Part shown: piece by piece, positions 38,747 through 49,139 of the stretch
How the letters are laid out: every line of letters starts with the position of its first letter
Position numbering within the stretch: the first letter of the stretch is position 1
Source of the DNA: Candidatus Omnitrophota bacterium
GTDB lineage: Bacteria; Omnitrophota; Gorgyraeia; B26-G9
DNA length: 64,000 nt
Direction: 5' to 3'
Assembly: GCA_043826565.1 (NCBI GenBank)
Contig: JBDRPX010000030.1
Span: 21,660-85,659 of the forward strand
Made by a program: the position numbers and the translations under genes
The notes under the pieces: generated by a model
What the model was told of the DNA's origin: nothing
Database searches by the model: none
The model's input: the letters and a program-made list of their open reading frames with translations, nothing else

Positions 38747-39969
38747 CCCGCGACACCACACTTTCTTAAAAAATTTTGCGCTTCTAAAAATACTTCCTCA
38801 ACTGATATTAACTCCATACATTTATGTTTTTCTTCTGGGCAATGCATAAATTGATGGCACGGGGAACAATCTACTTTATGTGTTATACATTTAAAGCTTG
38901 GATAATCATACGTCCATTGCTTGTCAAATGTCCTCCCACTTTCTAAACATATAGTAGGGGTATTATTTATAGCGCACAAGTGCATCGGGCCGGTATCTAA
39001 TGTTATGAATAAATCTAAGGTAGATACTAAGTAAGCCGCCTGGGAAAGTGTCGCTTCACCAACAAGACTTGTTACTTTTCCTCCTATGCCATCCAGGAGC
39101 ATAGGAATATCCTGTTTATGTTCCTTTCCCCCGATTAAAACTATATTAGAATCTTTATATCTATTCCCCAGCAGATTAATAAGTTTGCCGAATCTATCAT
39201 AACCCCACCTATTTACTTTCTTTTTTGCGAATGGGTTTATTCCGATTAAGGTTTTTTGTTTAAAGTTTTTTCCTACAAGCTCATCTACATATTGGGTGTC
39301 AGATTTATTCCAACACAATTCCACACTTGCATCGGCCATATCTTGAGCGCCTAACAATGCTGCTAATTTCAAATTTAATTTAAGAAAATTAATATTTCTC
39401 AATGGCCCAACATCGATTTCGTAAGTATTGAGATAATTACTTCGTTGAAATTTAAACCCTATCCTGTTTTTTATGCCTGTTGCAAAGGCCAATAAGCTAT
39501 ACTCGAATGCCACTTCAGTAATATCCATTAATACACAATCATAATGCTTCTTCTTTCCAATTTTATGCATTAACCATAGATCTTTCATCACAAGAGGCAC
39601 ACTTCCCGATATACACTTCCAGCCCTTAACAAGATATAGCTTATCAATATTGGGGTTGTCTTTATAAACTTGATAACTGACATCGTTAACAACCGCATCA
39701 ATCTTACAATTAGGATGTGCAGCCTGAATTGCTTTTAAAGTGGGGGTAAAGATTAAACTGTCTCCAAGAAATTGAAGCTGTAATATCAGTATGTTTTTTA
39801 CTCCGTTACGCAGTTCTTCTTCATTAGTTTTCTTAATATTTGGGAGAAACCCTTTTAAGAATACTAAACTGATAAACTTTCTTAATAGCCTCCAATGTAA
39901 CTTCATTAGTCTAATTCCTTTACCGTTACCATTTTGCTTAGTTTTGAAATTATCGACGAATGTATACAA
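38743..39969 (-). CDS. Glycosyltransferase family 9 (heptosyltransferase-like)
   Basis: LGD, INPFA..RW, LDTGPMHL, C-terminal CSPC..C..C; true start may be 39906. Confidence 0.88.
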   Translation of the reverse strand: MYTFVDNFKTKQNGNGKGIRLMKLHWRLLRKFISLVFLKGFLPNIKKTNEEELRNGVKNILILQLQFLGDSLIFTPTLKAIQAAHPNCKIDAVVNDVSYQVYKDNPNIDKLYLVKGWKCISGSVPLVMKDLWLMHKIGKKKHYDCVLMDITEVAFEYSLLAFATGIKNRIGFKFQRSNYLNTYEIDVGPLRNINFLKLNLKLAALLGAQDMADASVELCWNKSDTQYVDELVGKNFKQKTLIGINPFAKKKVNRWGYDRFGKLINLLGNRYKDSNIVLIGGKEHKQDIPMLLDGIGGKVTSLVGEATLSQAAYLVSTLDLFITLDTGPMHLCAINNTPTICLESGRTFDKQWTYDYPSFKCITHKVDCSPCHQFMHCPEEKHKCMELISVEEVFLEAQNFLRKCGVAG

Positions 39970-39982
39970 ATATTACTAGTCA

Positions 39983-40741
39983 TTACTGTTTACCCCTTGC
40001 TCCTCCTGCGTGCTTTGCGAGAGCCCATCCACTCGTTTCATTAACACCAAGCAGCTGAAAACCTGGATCTAGTTTGATTTGTTGTACGCTGCGAAAATGC
40101 TTAACATGATGGATATCATCCAATAAAACAATATATGGCTGATCGCCCATGGTTTCCTTCATAATCATGAACTCAAGCATCCCGATACCTCCAGCTGAAT
40201 CCAAAACAATCAAAGGATTTCTGTTCTTGAACAGCTGAAGCCACTTTTCTAACAATCCCTCGCCGTCGTAATTTAGTATTTTATTAAAGAAATAATGGGG
40301 ATAGTTTTTTATGCTTATTTTTCTAATCGCTCCTCGGCACTCCTGGGTATAAAACCCAACCGGGTTAGTAACAACGTCGATGAAGATATCCTCATAATCT
40401 CTATGGTTAATTAGAGCCTCGTCGTTTGAGATAAAATCAAGAGCTTGTTTTTGCCTAACACTCTGCCCCCAAAGACACTTTACAAAAGGAAAATGTAATA
40501 GATTCTTTTTTGCTTCACGCCAGCTCTGCCAGTTTGTTTCAATAGTTACAAATATTTCCGGAGGAGAAGATTTTGGAAATGACTCAGCAATAAATGTTGT
40601 AGATCCCAGCCCCTGATATGTGCCTGTTTCAACAACACATTTGATCTTTTCCTCTACCACTACATCCTGAAGCAATTGAGAAAGTTCACTGCTTGCATGC
40701 ATCGACATTGATGCATCGGGATGTTTTGTATATAATTTCAT
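39983..40741 (-). CDS. Class I methyltransferase-like protein
   Basis: VVETGTYQGLGST, IET, VLDS, LLDD. Confidence 0.6.
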   Translation of the reverse strand: MKLYTKHPDASMSMHASSELSQLLQDVVVEEKIKCVVETGTYQGLGSTTFIAESFPKSSPPEIFVTIETNWQSWREAKKNLLHFPFVKCLWGQSVRQKQALDFISNDEALINHRDYEDIFIDVVTNPVGFYTQECRGAIRKISIKNYPHYFFNKILNYDGEGLLEKWLQLFKNRNPLIVLDSAGGIGMLEFMIMKETMGDQPYIVLLDDIHHVKHFRSVQQIKLDPGFQLLGVNETSGWALAKHAGGARGKQ

Positions 40742-40753
40742 TTTTTATTCCTC

Positions 40754-42220
40754 TTATTTATTCTGCACAGCTCTCTTTACCATAGATATTATTGATTTAT
40801 CTAAATAACAGCCAAAAAGTCTATTTAAACAAATATAAGATGTTGCCCCGAAAATTGTTTTTATAATCAAGTTGCTCAAATTTGCAAAAAAGTAATTTTG
40901 AACTGGGAGAAATATTCCTATAAAAAGAATCCCGCCAACCATAACTAACGACATCGCTAAAGGTTTGAGTATTACGATTACCAAACTCTTATATTTTAGC
41001 CCGATTATTCGACACATAATATACGGATTCCAGAACATCATACCAATCTGTATAATGACTAGCCCCACAGCCATTCCTATCGCTCCCCAACATGCCCCAA
41101 TTATAACTGCAACAATCCTCACAATTGAATTAAATAAACCAAGTTTAAAATGAATCTCTGTTCTAGCTGTGGCCAAAAATACAGATCCAACTAATCCTCC
41201 TAAAACCATACACCCCCCCGAAACTGATAGTATACGGATAAAGATCACGCTTTGAACCCATTTGGGGCCTAAAAAAAGAAGAACAACTTCATGAGCAATA
41301 CAAAAAAGTCCAAAAGAAAGAGGAAGAACTATATAAGAAATATGTTTATAAACCTCTACGATAATATTTTTCATCCGTTGATTGTTTTCATGAATAGTTG
41401 AAAATGCTGGGAAAAGTACCTTTCCTAAAGGGATGCCCATAAAAGTAAATATTTTTTTACTGACATTATCAGCCATTGAATAGTATCCCAGCATATTTAC
41501 ACCAATACTTCTGCCGATAATTATCTTATCTAATTGCATGCTTAAATAATTGCAAATCCTGAACAAAAAGAGATAAATTCCATAATTAAAAAAGTGTTTT
41601 ATGGACTCTTTACTATATCCAAAACAATAATGCCACCGTGAATAATAACTTAAAACTCCGACCCTTACAACATGCTCAGCGAGAAAAGCACACACAAGTG
41701 CCCACACTCCAAATCCCATTAATGCCATAACCAGCGCAACAACTCCATATACAAAAACCCCGCTTACCTTTGCCTTTGTCAGGCTGCGAAATTGCATGTG
41801 TCTTTGAAGAAGCGCATTGTGTATCCCTATAAAAGGGCTTAAAAGAAAAGATATTGCAATTACTTTTAGCAACAAACTCAATTGTGGTTCATGTAAAAAT
41901 AAAGCTAGTGGCTTCGCTAAAAAAAACATCCCCACAAAAAGTATTGTTCCGACCACACAACTAAATAAAAACGCCGTTTTTTTATCTACCTCCTGCAAAT
42001 TTTTCTTTTGTATAATTGCCGAACCAAACCCATAATCAGAAAATAGATCCAAAAACCCCACGCATACACAGGCTAAGGCAAATATCCCAAACTCCTTGGG
42101 AGACAATATTCGCGCCAAAAAAGGTGTAATAAAAAGCATTATCATTTGAGGAAGAAGCCTCTCTAAAAAAGCCCACCAAGCCCCTTTGACAACTTTAGAT
42201 TTAAGATGTGGTTCTGTCAT
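40754..42220 (-). CDS. wzx: Polysaccharide flippase (WzxC-like)
   Basis: LARILSPKEFG, many TM helices, DKIIIG, LGYY, LFPAFS, LGPKW. Confidence 0.92.
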   Translation of the reverse strand: MTEPHLKSKVVKGAWWAFLERLLPQMIMLFITPFLARILSPKEFGIFALACVCVGFLDLFSDYGFGSAIIQKKNLQEVDKKTAFLFSCVVGTILFVGMFFLAKPLALFLHEPQLSLLLKVIAISFLLSPFIGIHNALLQRHMQFRSLTKAKVSGVFVYGVVALVMALMGFGVWALVCAFLAEHVVRVGVLSYYSRWHYCFGYSKESIKHFFNYGIYLFLFRICNYLSMQLDKIIIGRSIGVNMLGYYSMADNVSKKIFTFMGIPLGKVLFPAFSTIHENNQRMKNIIVEVYKHISYIVLPLSFGLFCIAHEVVLLFLGPKWVQSVIFIRILSVSGGCMVLGGLVGSVFLATARTEIHFKLGLFNSIVRIVAVIIGACWGAIGMAVGLVIIQIGMMFWNPYIMCRIIGLKYKSLVIVILKPLAMSLVMVGGILFIGIFLPVQNYFFANLSNLIIKTIFGATSYICLNRLFGCYLDKSIISMVKRAVQNK

Positions 42221-42263
42221 AATCTCCTATTCTATTTTCCTTAAAAAACAAAGTTTTATTTTC

Positions 42264-43937
42264 TTATTCCCATTCTTTTTTTACCTCTACATAAATACAA
42301 TAAATGAACCCCATAAACAACCAAAAGAAAATTCCTATATCTGGAATATAATGCACGATTCTTAACTGTATTAAATTTTCCGAATAGGCAAAAGGAACCA
42401 TTGTTCCCCCTGTATTAGCAGCAGCTAAAAAACAGGATATACTCCATAACACAGAAATTAAGACGATTTTTAAAACTTTATCGTTGGCCTTTTTTATTAC
42501 CTTCGCACCTATTTTATATGTGTACCCTATCAATAGAAACAATGCTCCTGAAGCGACAATCCCAACGGAAGAAAGATAGTGAAGGATAAAATTGTGAGGA
42601 GAGACTAACGGCCAAACATTAAACATATAGAATGTTCGTGGCGAATAAAAATCCAGAAACTTCACGTAGTTGCCAAACCCAACGCCAAATAACGGATAAT
42701 CCTTTATAATCCCTAAGGCTGCTTTATAAGCACACATGCGTATACTATCAGTCTGAAGCGCGTTCCAGGTTAGCGGAATAGCTGCAATATGCCGTTCAGA
42801 CTGTGCGCCATAGTATAATAGCAAACTTAAGCCGACACTAATCCCTCCTAGGAATATGGCCTTTTTAAATTTTATCGGTAGTAAGAATACAAAAGGAAGA
42901 GTAGCAACCAAGGCAATTATCGGCTCACGTTTATCTCCAAAAACAATACCAGTGATTGGGGCTAATAAAAGTAATAAAACGAATAATTTCGTCCATTTGT
43001 ATCTCGAAAGCAAAAATAATCCAAAGAGCAGAGGGAGAAGCATTGTCGAAAGCGTTGTAATCACCTCTATTTGACTCACTGCGGTTGTAAGGGAGTCAAT
43101 AAGAATTTTATGTCGCACAGCCATATAAAGTGTGATTAAAATACGAATTGTCATTGCAATTGTGATACTGTAAAATAACAGTATAATAAATCGCTTTTCC
43201 CGACAAGCATCTTTAACAAAAAGAAAAAACAGGGGAAATACTATTACTTCTATAATAAATCCGATAAAACTTACGCTGATATCCCAAGCATACAATGTAG
43301 AAAAAAGACAAGCCACGGCAAATATCAGGTAATATTTGTTCCCCGTATCGTTAATAAGACTTATATTTTCCCGGTTAGTAATTTTTACGATTACATAAAA
43401 GAAAGCAAAAATTCCAATAGCAATATTAGACGGAGTAATAATAAACGGGGTCATCAAAAACCCTGCAAAAGACATATACATTGACTGTAATTCGAGAAAT
43501 CGTATAAACGGCAAGCTCATAAGTAAAGCGATCAAAGCATATACTTTTTTATTAATCAAAAGCAGCAAGCTAAAAGCAACAATTCCTAAAAAGGAAAAAC
43601 AGCCAAAAACTCCAGGCACCAGCCCTGGCGGCAATAAACTTGACACAATCAGCCAAGCCGTAACCGTAACTAGTAATATCGAAACATATTGCCAATTACA
43701 TAATTGTTTAAAATCAGTAAACACATCCGCAGCGAATAATCTCGCCGAATATTTATACAATATATATATACCGGTAATAGCTGCTACCGGGACGACTCTC
43801 ATTAGAAACGCCCCCATCCCCTCATAATAAACCAAAGCCGGAATAATTGCCGCTGAAAAACAGGCTAAGCTTATTACAAAAAGACCGGTAATAATATTTT
43901 CCCAATCAATATTAATTTTTAATTTTAGTTTCTTCAT
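42264..43937 (-). CDS. Wzy polymerase/O-antigen ligase family protein
   Basis: Polytopic; R...PLFGVGFGNY...PHNFILH Wzy_C motif. Confidence 0.82.
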   Translation of the reverse strand: MKKLKLKINIDWENIITGLFVISLACFSAAIIPALVYYEGMGAFLMRVVPVAAITGIYILYKYSARLFAADVFTDFKQLCNWQYVSILLVTVTAWLIVSSLLPPGLVPGVFGCFSFLGIVAFSLLLLINKKVYALIALLMSLPFIRFLELQSMYMSFAGFLMTPFIITPSNIAIGIFAFFYVIVKITNRENISLINDTGNKYYLIFAVACLFSTLYAWDISVSFIGFIIEVIVFPLFFLFVKDACREKRFIILLFYSITIAMTIRILITLYMAVRHKILIDSLTTAVSQIEVITTLSTMLLPLLFGLFLLSRYKWTKLFVLLLLLAPITGIVFGDKREPIIALVATLPFVFLLPIKFKKAIFLGGISVGLSLLLYYGAQSERHIAAIPLTWNALQTDSIRMCAYKAALGIIKDYPLFGVGFGNYVKFLDFYSPRTFYMFNVWPLVSPHNFILHYLSSVGIVASGALFLLIGYTYKIGAKVIKKANDKVLKIVLISVLWSISCFLAAANTGGTMVPFAYSENLIQLRIVHYIPDIGIFFWLFMGFIYCIYVEVKKEWE

Positions 43938-43941
43938 TTTT

Positions 43942-46215
43942 TCAAATATCTCTAGTCTCAGCGAAAAGTTTGCACTTTCTGATAAACTCTTTAGCCTTTA
44001 ATTCATCACTTTCGCAAAGCCTTCGCGCGATAGCCCGTTCCAGCTCTTTTACAGACTGCTGATACAGACCTTCATAATAAAGATGCATCCCATAATAAAA
44101 ATGATAAAACCCATTCTTTTGTTCAGTATTGAAAACTATTTTGTAATGGCTTTGCGTAAAATCCCAATCATAAGACTCATCATAGAAACTATCATGCGCA
44201 ATCCAAAAATGAAGTTCGCAATTATGGGAATAAGTTTTTAAAAACTTCTCGGCAAACCCTATCGCATAACCCAAGCCTTCCTTATCTTCTAAAAACCTAA
44301 AGAAGGCAACATCACTTTCTTCTTTTCCCGGAAGGATGTCGGCCAATTCCGCATATTTTTTTTGATAAGAAAAATAGCTTTCCACGCCTTCTTTAGTAAA
44401 CTGCGGGTCTATTTCTATTGCTTTTCTGTACTGAAATACCGCCTGAGATATGTTCTCTTTCGTCGGATTATTAAATAACCAACGCGCGTAAGCCCGCCGG
44501 CGATACGCATTATTCGGTTCAAGTTTTATTGCTTTCTGGAAATGATATTGGGCAAAATTATTATCCCGGATAGAAAAAACAGTGTTCTGCACATTCAAAT
44601 TAGCGCGCTGAGCATAGCTCCAGGCCAGAGCCTGATGATACTTCCCGTTTAACGGATTTAATAATACCGCTTTCCTAAAATACTCTATCCGAAAATCAAG
44701 GGAGTCTGCACCCGCGGATATTTGGCCCATACGATAATAATACAACGCATTATCCGGATCGAGCTTAACCGCATTTTTAAGCAGTTTTAGTCTCCCCTTT
44801 ACAGCTTGCTCCGGCTGTCGTTCCGATAAAGTAAAACAATAATGTGCAAGTGCCGGGGTAATGCTAAAAAATACAAATACCACCAATAAGATACAACCCG
44901 CCGGATACGCCACAATCCGCATTGACTTTGAAACATACACCATCTGCCCACTCGCATTTTTTGTCTTCCCCCGAGAGTGCAAAGCAGCAATAAACAAGGC
45001 GAGAATTATACTCAGCATAACCGCGTTTGCCGGAATATGAAGACTAAAATCAGTAAAAGAATGGACAAAAATACTTATTAATGCCCCCCAGAACCCTACA
45101 GACAACCCGACTATCCAGGGATTATGACGATTAACAAAATGCTTCCACAAATAGAGCAAAACCCAAAAACCGAAAGTTACAAACAAAGTAAAACCAAAAA
45201 TCCCTGTTTCGCTAAGAAGTTCCAGAATATCGCTGTGCGCGTAAGTATAGTGCCCGGACATTATTTCCACGGCTTGATATCGGGGAAATATATAATTAAA
45301 TGTTCCAAGACCAGAACCCCATAAAGGGTAGTCCCGGACAATCTCCAGCGCCCCCTGCCAAACCGGCAAGCGGCCGCCAAAATACATAGAACTTACTTCA
45401 ACTTCTTTACTAAATATTTTTTCGACAATCGGAGAAGCACCTAAAGTCATTACTGCTATCGCTACAAAAAAAACAGCCGCTCCAATCACCCATTTTCTAC
45501 CCTGCATAGATTTTCTTTTCCAGGATATAATACTCACCCCGGAAAGCGCCGCGATAAAACTAAATATCCCTCCCCGGGACATAGTAAAAAATAAAACCGC
45601 AGATATAATAACAATACAGGAGAAAAGTAGTATTTTATATTCCCGGCGCACTATATTTTTGTTAGCGGATTCTTCTTTATAAATACTATTGGGAACAAAA
45701 ATAGGCCCAAAAAGCAAAGGAATTCCCATTCCAAGAAATGCCGCAAGATGGTCGGGATTAATTATTCCTCTGGGAACATTTCCGCCAAAATACCGCAATA
45801 AATAAAAAAAACTTAAACTAAAACAAACTATTGTAATAACATTAAGAATAGTTTGGACCTGTCGCTGTTTTTTTATTGTATTAACCGTAACAAAAAAAAT
45901 AAAAAAATACGCGATAATTTTTAAAAATTCTCTCTGGGTGGCCCATACATAAACAGACCCTGGCAAGCTAAAAGCCGAAAGCACAAACATCTGAACCAAA
46001 AGATACCCCGAAAACAAAACAATAAAGATGTTTAATGGACACCTAATAAACTCAAATTGTCCTTTTTTAACCATTTTAAACATCCAGGTAAAGGCCATAA
46101 ACGCCGCAGTGATTTCAACCACAGCAATACCCCACGGCTCAACCCCGCCATACGCAAACGGCGTGAATGTCAGCAAAAAAATTACGCAGATTTCAACAAC
46201 CCGATCGTAGATCAT
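43942..46215 (-). CDS. O-antigen ligase family protein with C-terminal TPRs
   Basis: NPDH, SRGG, RLPVW, GSGLGTF, AHSD motifs; TPR tail. Confidence 0.85.
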   Translation of the reverse strand: MIYDRVVEICVIFLLTFTPFAYGGVEPWGIAVVEITAAFMAFTWMFKMVKKGQFEFIRCPLNIFIVLFSGYLLVQMFVLSAFSLPGSVYVWATQREFLKIIAYFFIFFVTVNTIKKQRQVQTILNVITIVCFSLSFFYLLRYFGGNVPRGIINPDHLAAFLGMGIPLLFGPIFVPNSIYKEESANKNIVRREYKILLFSCIVIISAVLFFTMSRGGIFSFIAALSGVSIISWKRKSMQGRKWVIGAAVFFVAIAVMTLGASPIVEKIFSKEVEVSSMYFGGRLPVWQGALEIVRDYPLWGSGLGTFNYIFPRYQAVEIMSGHYTYAHSDILELLSETGIFGFTLFVTFGFWVLLYLWKHFVNRHNPWIVGLSVGFWGALISIFVHSFTDFSLHIPANAVMLSIILALFIAALHSRGKTKNASGQMVYVSKSMRIVAYPAGCILLVVFVFFSITPALAHYCFTLSERQPEQAVKGRLKLLKNAVKLDPDNALYYYRMGQISAGADSLDFRIEYFRKAVLLNPLNGKYHQALAWSYAQRANLNVQNTVFSIRDNNFAQYHFQKAIKLEPNNAYRRRAYARWLFNNPTKENISQAVFQYRKAIEIDPQFTKEGVESYFSYQKKYAELADILPGKEESDVAFFRFLEDKEGLGYAIGFAEKFLKTYSHNCELHFWIAHDSFYDESYDWDFTQSHYKIVFNTEQKNGFYHFYYGMHLYYEGLYQQSVKELERAIARRLCESDELKAKEFIRKCKLFAETRDI

Positions 46216-46303
46216 AAAAAACCCATCGTTGATAAGTTCATGCCTGCTAAGTTAACTGCCCCTTGGTCAAGCAAGCCTAGCCCCTATACGCCTTCACTAG
46301 AAC

Positions 46304-46344
46304 AAAAAAGCTCATAGCTCTATGTCCTCCATGAACTATAAGCT
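46304..46344 (-). terminator. Terminator-like hairpin between wzc and the ligase gene
   Basis: AGCTTATAGTTC...GAGCTATGAGCT followed by a T-run. Confidence 0.6.
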
Positions 46345-46388
46345 GATACTTGCTTCCAAATAGTACAGTTAATACAACTTTAATCAAA

Positions 46389-48287
46389 CTAAGACTCATC
46401 TATTTGTTGTTCCGAAAATAATTCCGTCTGTCCAGATTTACGAATACTACCGCCTTGTCCGTAATAATGATAGTATCTATAATAGTTATAGTAATCATCG
46501 TGGAACGCCTGAACTCCGTTAAGAATTACCCCGAGATCTCTGGCTCTAGCATTAATAAGTTTTCCCCTTGCTTTCAGAACAATTTGTACCGGGGAACGTC
46601 CGCTGCGCACAACCTGGAGCATACAATCGGCCACATCACTTAAGACTACGGCATCAGTTACACTCACTACCGGAGGAGAGTCAACCAGAACTAAATCAAA
46701 TTTATCCTTTAGGTGCCACATCAGCTCTTTCATTTTTACGCCACCTAAAATTTCCGAAGGATTATGCGGAATCTTCCCGCTAGTTATAACACTTACACCT
46801 TCCATATCTGTTTTCTTTATTATTTCTTCAATCTCAACTTTTCCCATTAAATATTCAGTCACGCCAATATCCCTCGGCAGATTAAATACTTTATCAAGCT
46901 GCGGTTTTCGCAAATCACAATCTACCAACACAACTCTATCGCCGCGCTGTGATAAAGCAATCCCCAGATTAGAAACAGTCAGTGTCTTTCCCGCTTGCGG
47001 CTCAGCACTTGTTATTAATAGCGATTTTACTCCCTCTCCCTGTGCCATTAATTGACTAATGTCAGTTCGAATAGAGCGGTAGGCTTCGGCAATCGGAGAA
47101 AACGGCGCGATTATTACAACTTTATCTTTATCTTTATCTTCTTTCTCATGACTAAACGGAACTGCCCCTAGAAAATTAGCCCTGACTATATCTTTGACGT
47201 CTTCCGGAGATTTTATAGTCGTATCCAAGTAATCAAGAAAAAATCCCAAAGCAAATCCCCCGACAATTCCCATCATTATGGCTAAAATCAAGTTCAGTTT
47301 CACATTTGGCTTAACCGGTTTCAAAGGAACCAAGGCATTATCAACTATACTGATATTATTAATATTCAGCGTACTGGAGATATCTATCTCTTTAAAGCGT
47401 GACACAAGAACCTCATACATACGCTTATTAGACTGGACATCTCTTTCCAAGACTCGATATTCCATAGTCTTACTACCGGCATCAATGTCCTCTAATCCCT
47501 GTATCTTATTTTTAAGTGAAGTTATCTGTGCTTCTAATTCGACCATCTTCGGATGCTCATTAGTATACCGCTGGGCATAATTAGCCAACATAGCCTGAGC
47601 TTTAGCGTACTCAGATTTAATCTCTTCAATCGCAAATTCTCCGGTCATCTCCGGAAGAATATTAATATCGTTTTCTTCCCGATATTTCTGCAAGGACAAT
47701 TCCACATCTCTCAGTTTTTTCCTTTGCTCTTCAATCTTCCGGGAAAGCCATAACGCGGCTTCGCTCGAGGTACTCATATTTCTTTCCAAATTCTGATTTA
47801 TATACTCAGCGGCAACTACATTGGCAAATTTGGCTGCCATTTCCGGAGACGTGCTTTCCGCGCTTAACTCGACTAACTGGCTGTTTTTCACCGGTTTTAC
47901 TTTCACTTGGCGATCTAATTTCTTTATTGCTTCGCCCTTATCATTCTGCATCCCCAGCAAAAAAGCTGTTTTCTTTAAAAGCGCAGGACTTTTGATAAGT
48001 CGATACTGTGTCTCATAATAATCTTTATAAGCATAATAATCATTTGTACCCATCGGAGTCACCTCCTGAACTGAGATTACCCGGGGACTCCGGGGTTCAA
48101 TTAAAAGAGTTGCCGTTGCTTCGTAGATGGGTGTTTGTCTTATTGTCCCGATCAGAACAGTCGTAACCAGAACAATAAAAAAAGTAATAATAACAAAGCG
48201 GCGGCGTAAAACAATCTGAACATAATCCCGCAAATGCATCTGCTGCTCAGGGATTTGAGAAGAAGCTCGGGAAGGCATCATTTTCAC
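46389..48287 (-). CDS. wzc: Polysaccharide co-polymerase/BY-kinase
   Basis: Wzz-like periplasmic part between two TMs; EAYRSIRT, AEPQAGKT, DCDLRKP, DSPP; Tyr cluster YYNYYRYYHYY. Confidence 0.93.
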   Translation of the reverse strand: MKMMPSRASSQIPEQQMHLRDYVQIVLRRRFVIITFFIVLVTTVLIGTIRQTPIYEATATLLIEPRSPRVISVQEVTPMGTNDYYAYKDYYETQYRLIKSPALLKKTAFLLGMQNDKGEAIKKLDRQVKVKPVKNSQLVELSAESTSPEMAAKFANVVAAEYINQNLERNMSTSSEAALWLSRKIEEQRKKLRDVELSLQKYREENDINILPEMTGEFAIEEIKSEYAKAQAMLANYAQRYTNEHPKMVELEAQITSLKNKIQGLEDIDAGSKTMEYRVLERDVQSNKRMYEVLVSRFKEIDISSTLNINNISIVDNALVPLKPVKPNVKLNLILAIMMGIVGGFALGFFLDYLDTTIKSPEDVKDIVRANFLGAVPFSHEKEDKDKDKVVIIAPFSPIAEAYRSIRTDISQLMAQGEGVKSLLITSAEPQAGKTLTVSNLGIALSQRGDRVVLVDCDLRKPQLDKVFNLPRDIGVTEYLMGKVEIEEIIKKTDMEGVSVITSGKIPHNPSEILGGVKMKELMWHLKDKFDLVLVDSPPVVSVTDAVVLSDVADCMLQVVRSGRSPVQIVLKARGKLINARARDLGVILNGVQAFHDDYYNYYRYYHYYGQGGSIRKSGQTELFSEQQIDES

Positions 48288-48394
48288 TCTCTTTCCTTTT
48301 ATGGGTTTTTGGTAGCAATTATTAGTTTCTTATTTTTTAGAAAAAAAATTAATAGAACAGATACCTCTATTAATATAAATCAATATCTGTCCTA

Positions 48395-48958
48395 TTAAAA
48401 AAGACTCTCCGGCACAAATACCACATCGCCGCGCTCTAAGACAACATCCTCTCTGCCCTTTTTAACTATATCCGCAACTCGCACTATTATTGTTTTTGAT
48501 TCTCCGGCTTCTGTCCTCATAATCTTTACAGCATTTTGGGCCGCTATTTTTGAAAACCCCCCGGCCAAGCTTATTGCCTCTAAAACAGTTAGATTGCTTT
48601 TTAACTCATACTCTCCCGGGCGCATAACTTGCCCGGAAACAGTAATTGTGCTGTATTTCTCGATAAATATATTTACATGAGGATTTTTGAGGTATTTTTT
48701 AAGCATCATTTCCATGGATGTCTTAAGTTCCGCAACTGTTTTCCCACTTGCCTCTACCTGCCCGATCAAGGGAAAAGAAAAATATCCATCATGAGAAATC
48801 CCTACTCTTCTGTTTAATTCATCTTCACGATAGACGCTTATACTTAAAACATCATCCGGGCCAATTAAATAATCCTGGGCAAAAACAGCCTGCCCCAAAA
48901 TGCTTACCTGCATCAGCAATGCCATACATAGAGGAAAGATAAAAAAACTTTTTTTCAA
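48395..48958 (-). CDS. wza: Short OPX polysaccharide export protein (Poly_export + SLBB)
   Basis: Probable TTG start at 48958 after GGAG; YLIGPDDVL, DGYFSFPLIG, GQVMRPG, GDVVFVPESLF; no lipobox or C-terminal OM helix. Confidence 0.88.
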   Translation of the reverse strand: MKKSFFIFPLCMALLMQVSILGQAVFAQDYLIGPDDVLSISVYREDELNRRVGISHDGYFSFPLIGQVEASGKTVAELKTSMEMMLKKYLKNPHVNIFIEKYSTITVSGQVMRPGEYELKSNLTVLEAISLAGGFSKIAAQNAVKIMRTEAGESKTIIVRVADIVKKGREDVVLERGDVVFVPESLF

Positions 48959-49139
48959 CGCTCCGCTCCCTTTTTTAAGTTCGTTCTTATCTGAAAGCAC
49001 CTGAAAGAACCTGATTTCACAGATTAGTATAAGATTATACTGATTTGTTTTGGACTATTTATAACTAAGGTAAGATATCCGAATCATTACCTAGACTTAT
49101 GCCGATATTAAAAAATCACCTCTTTATATTATTATAACC

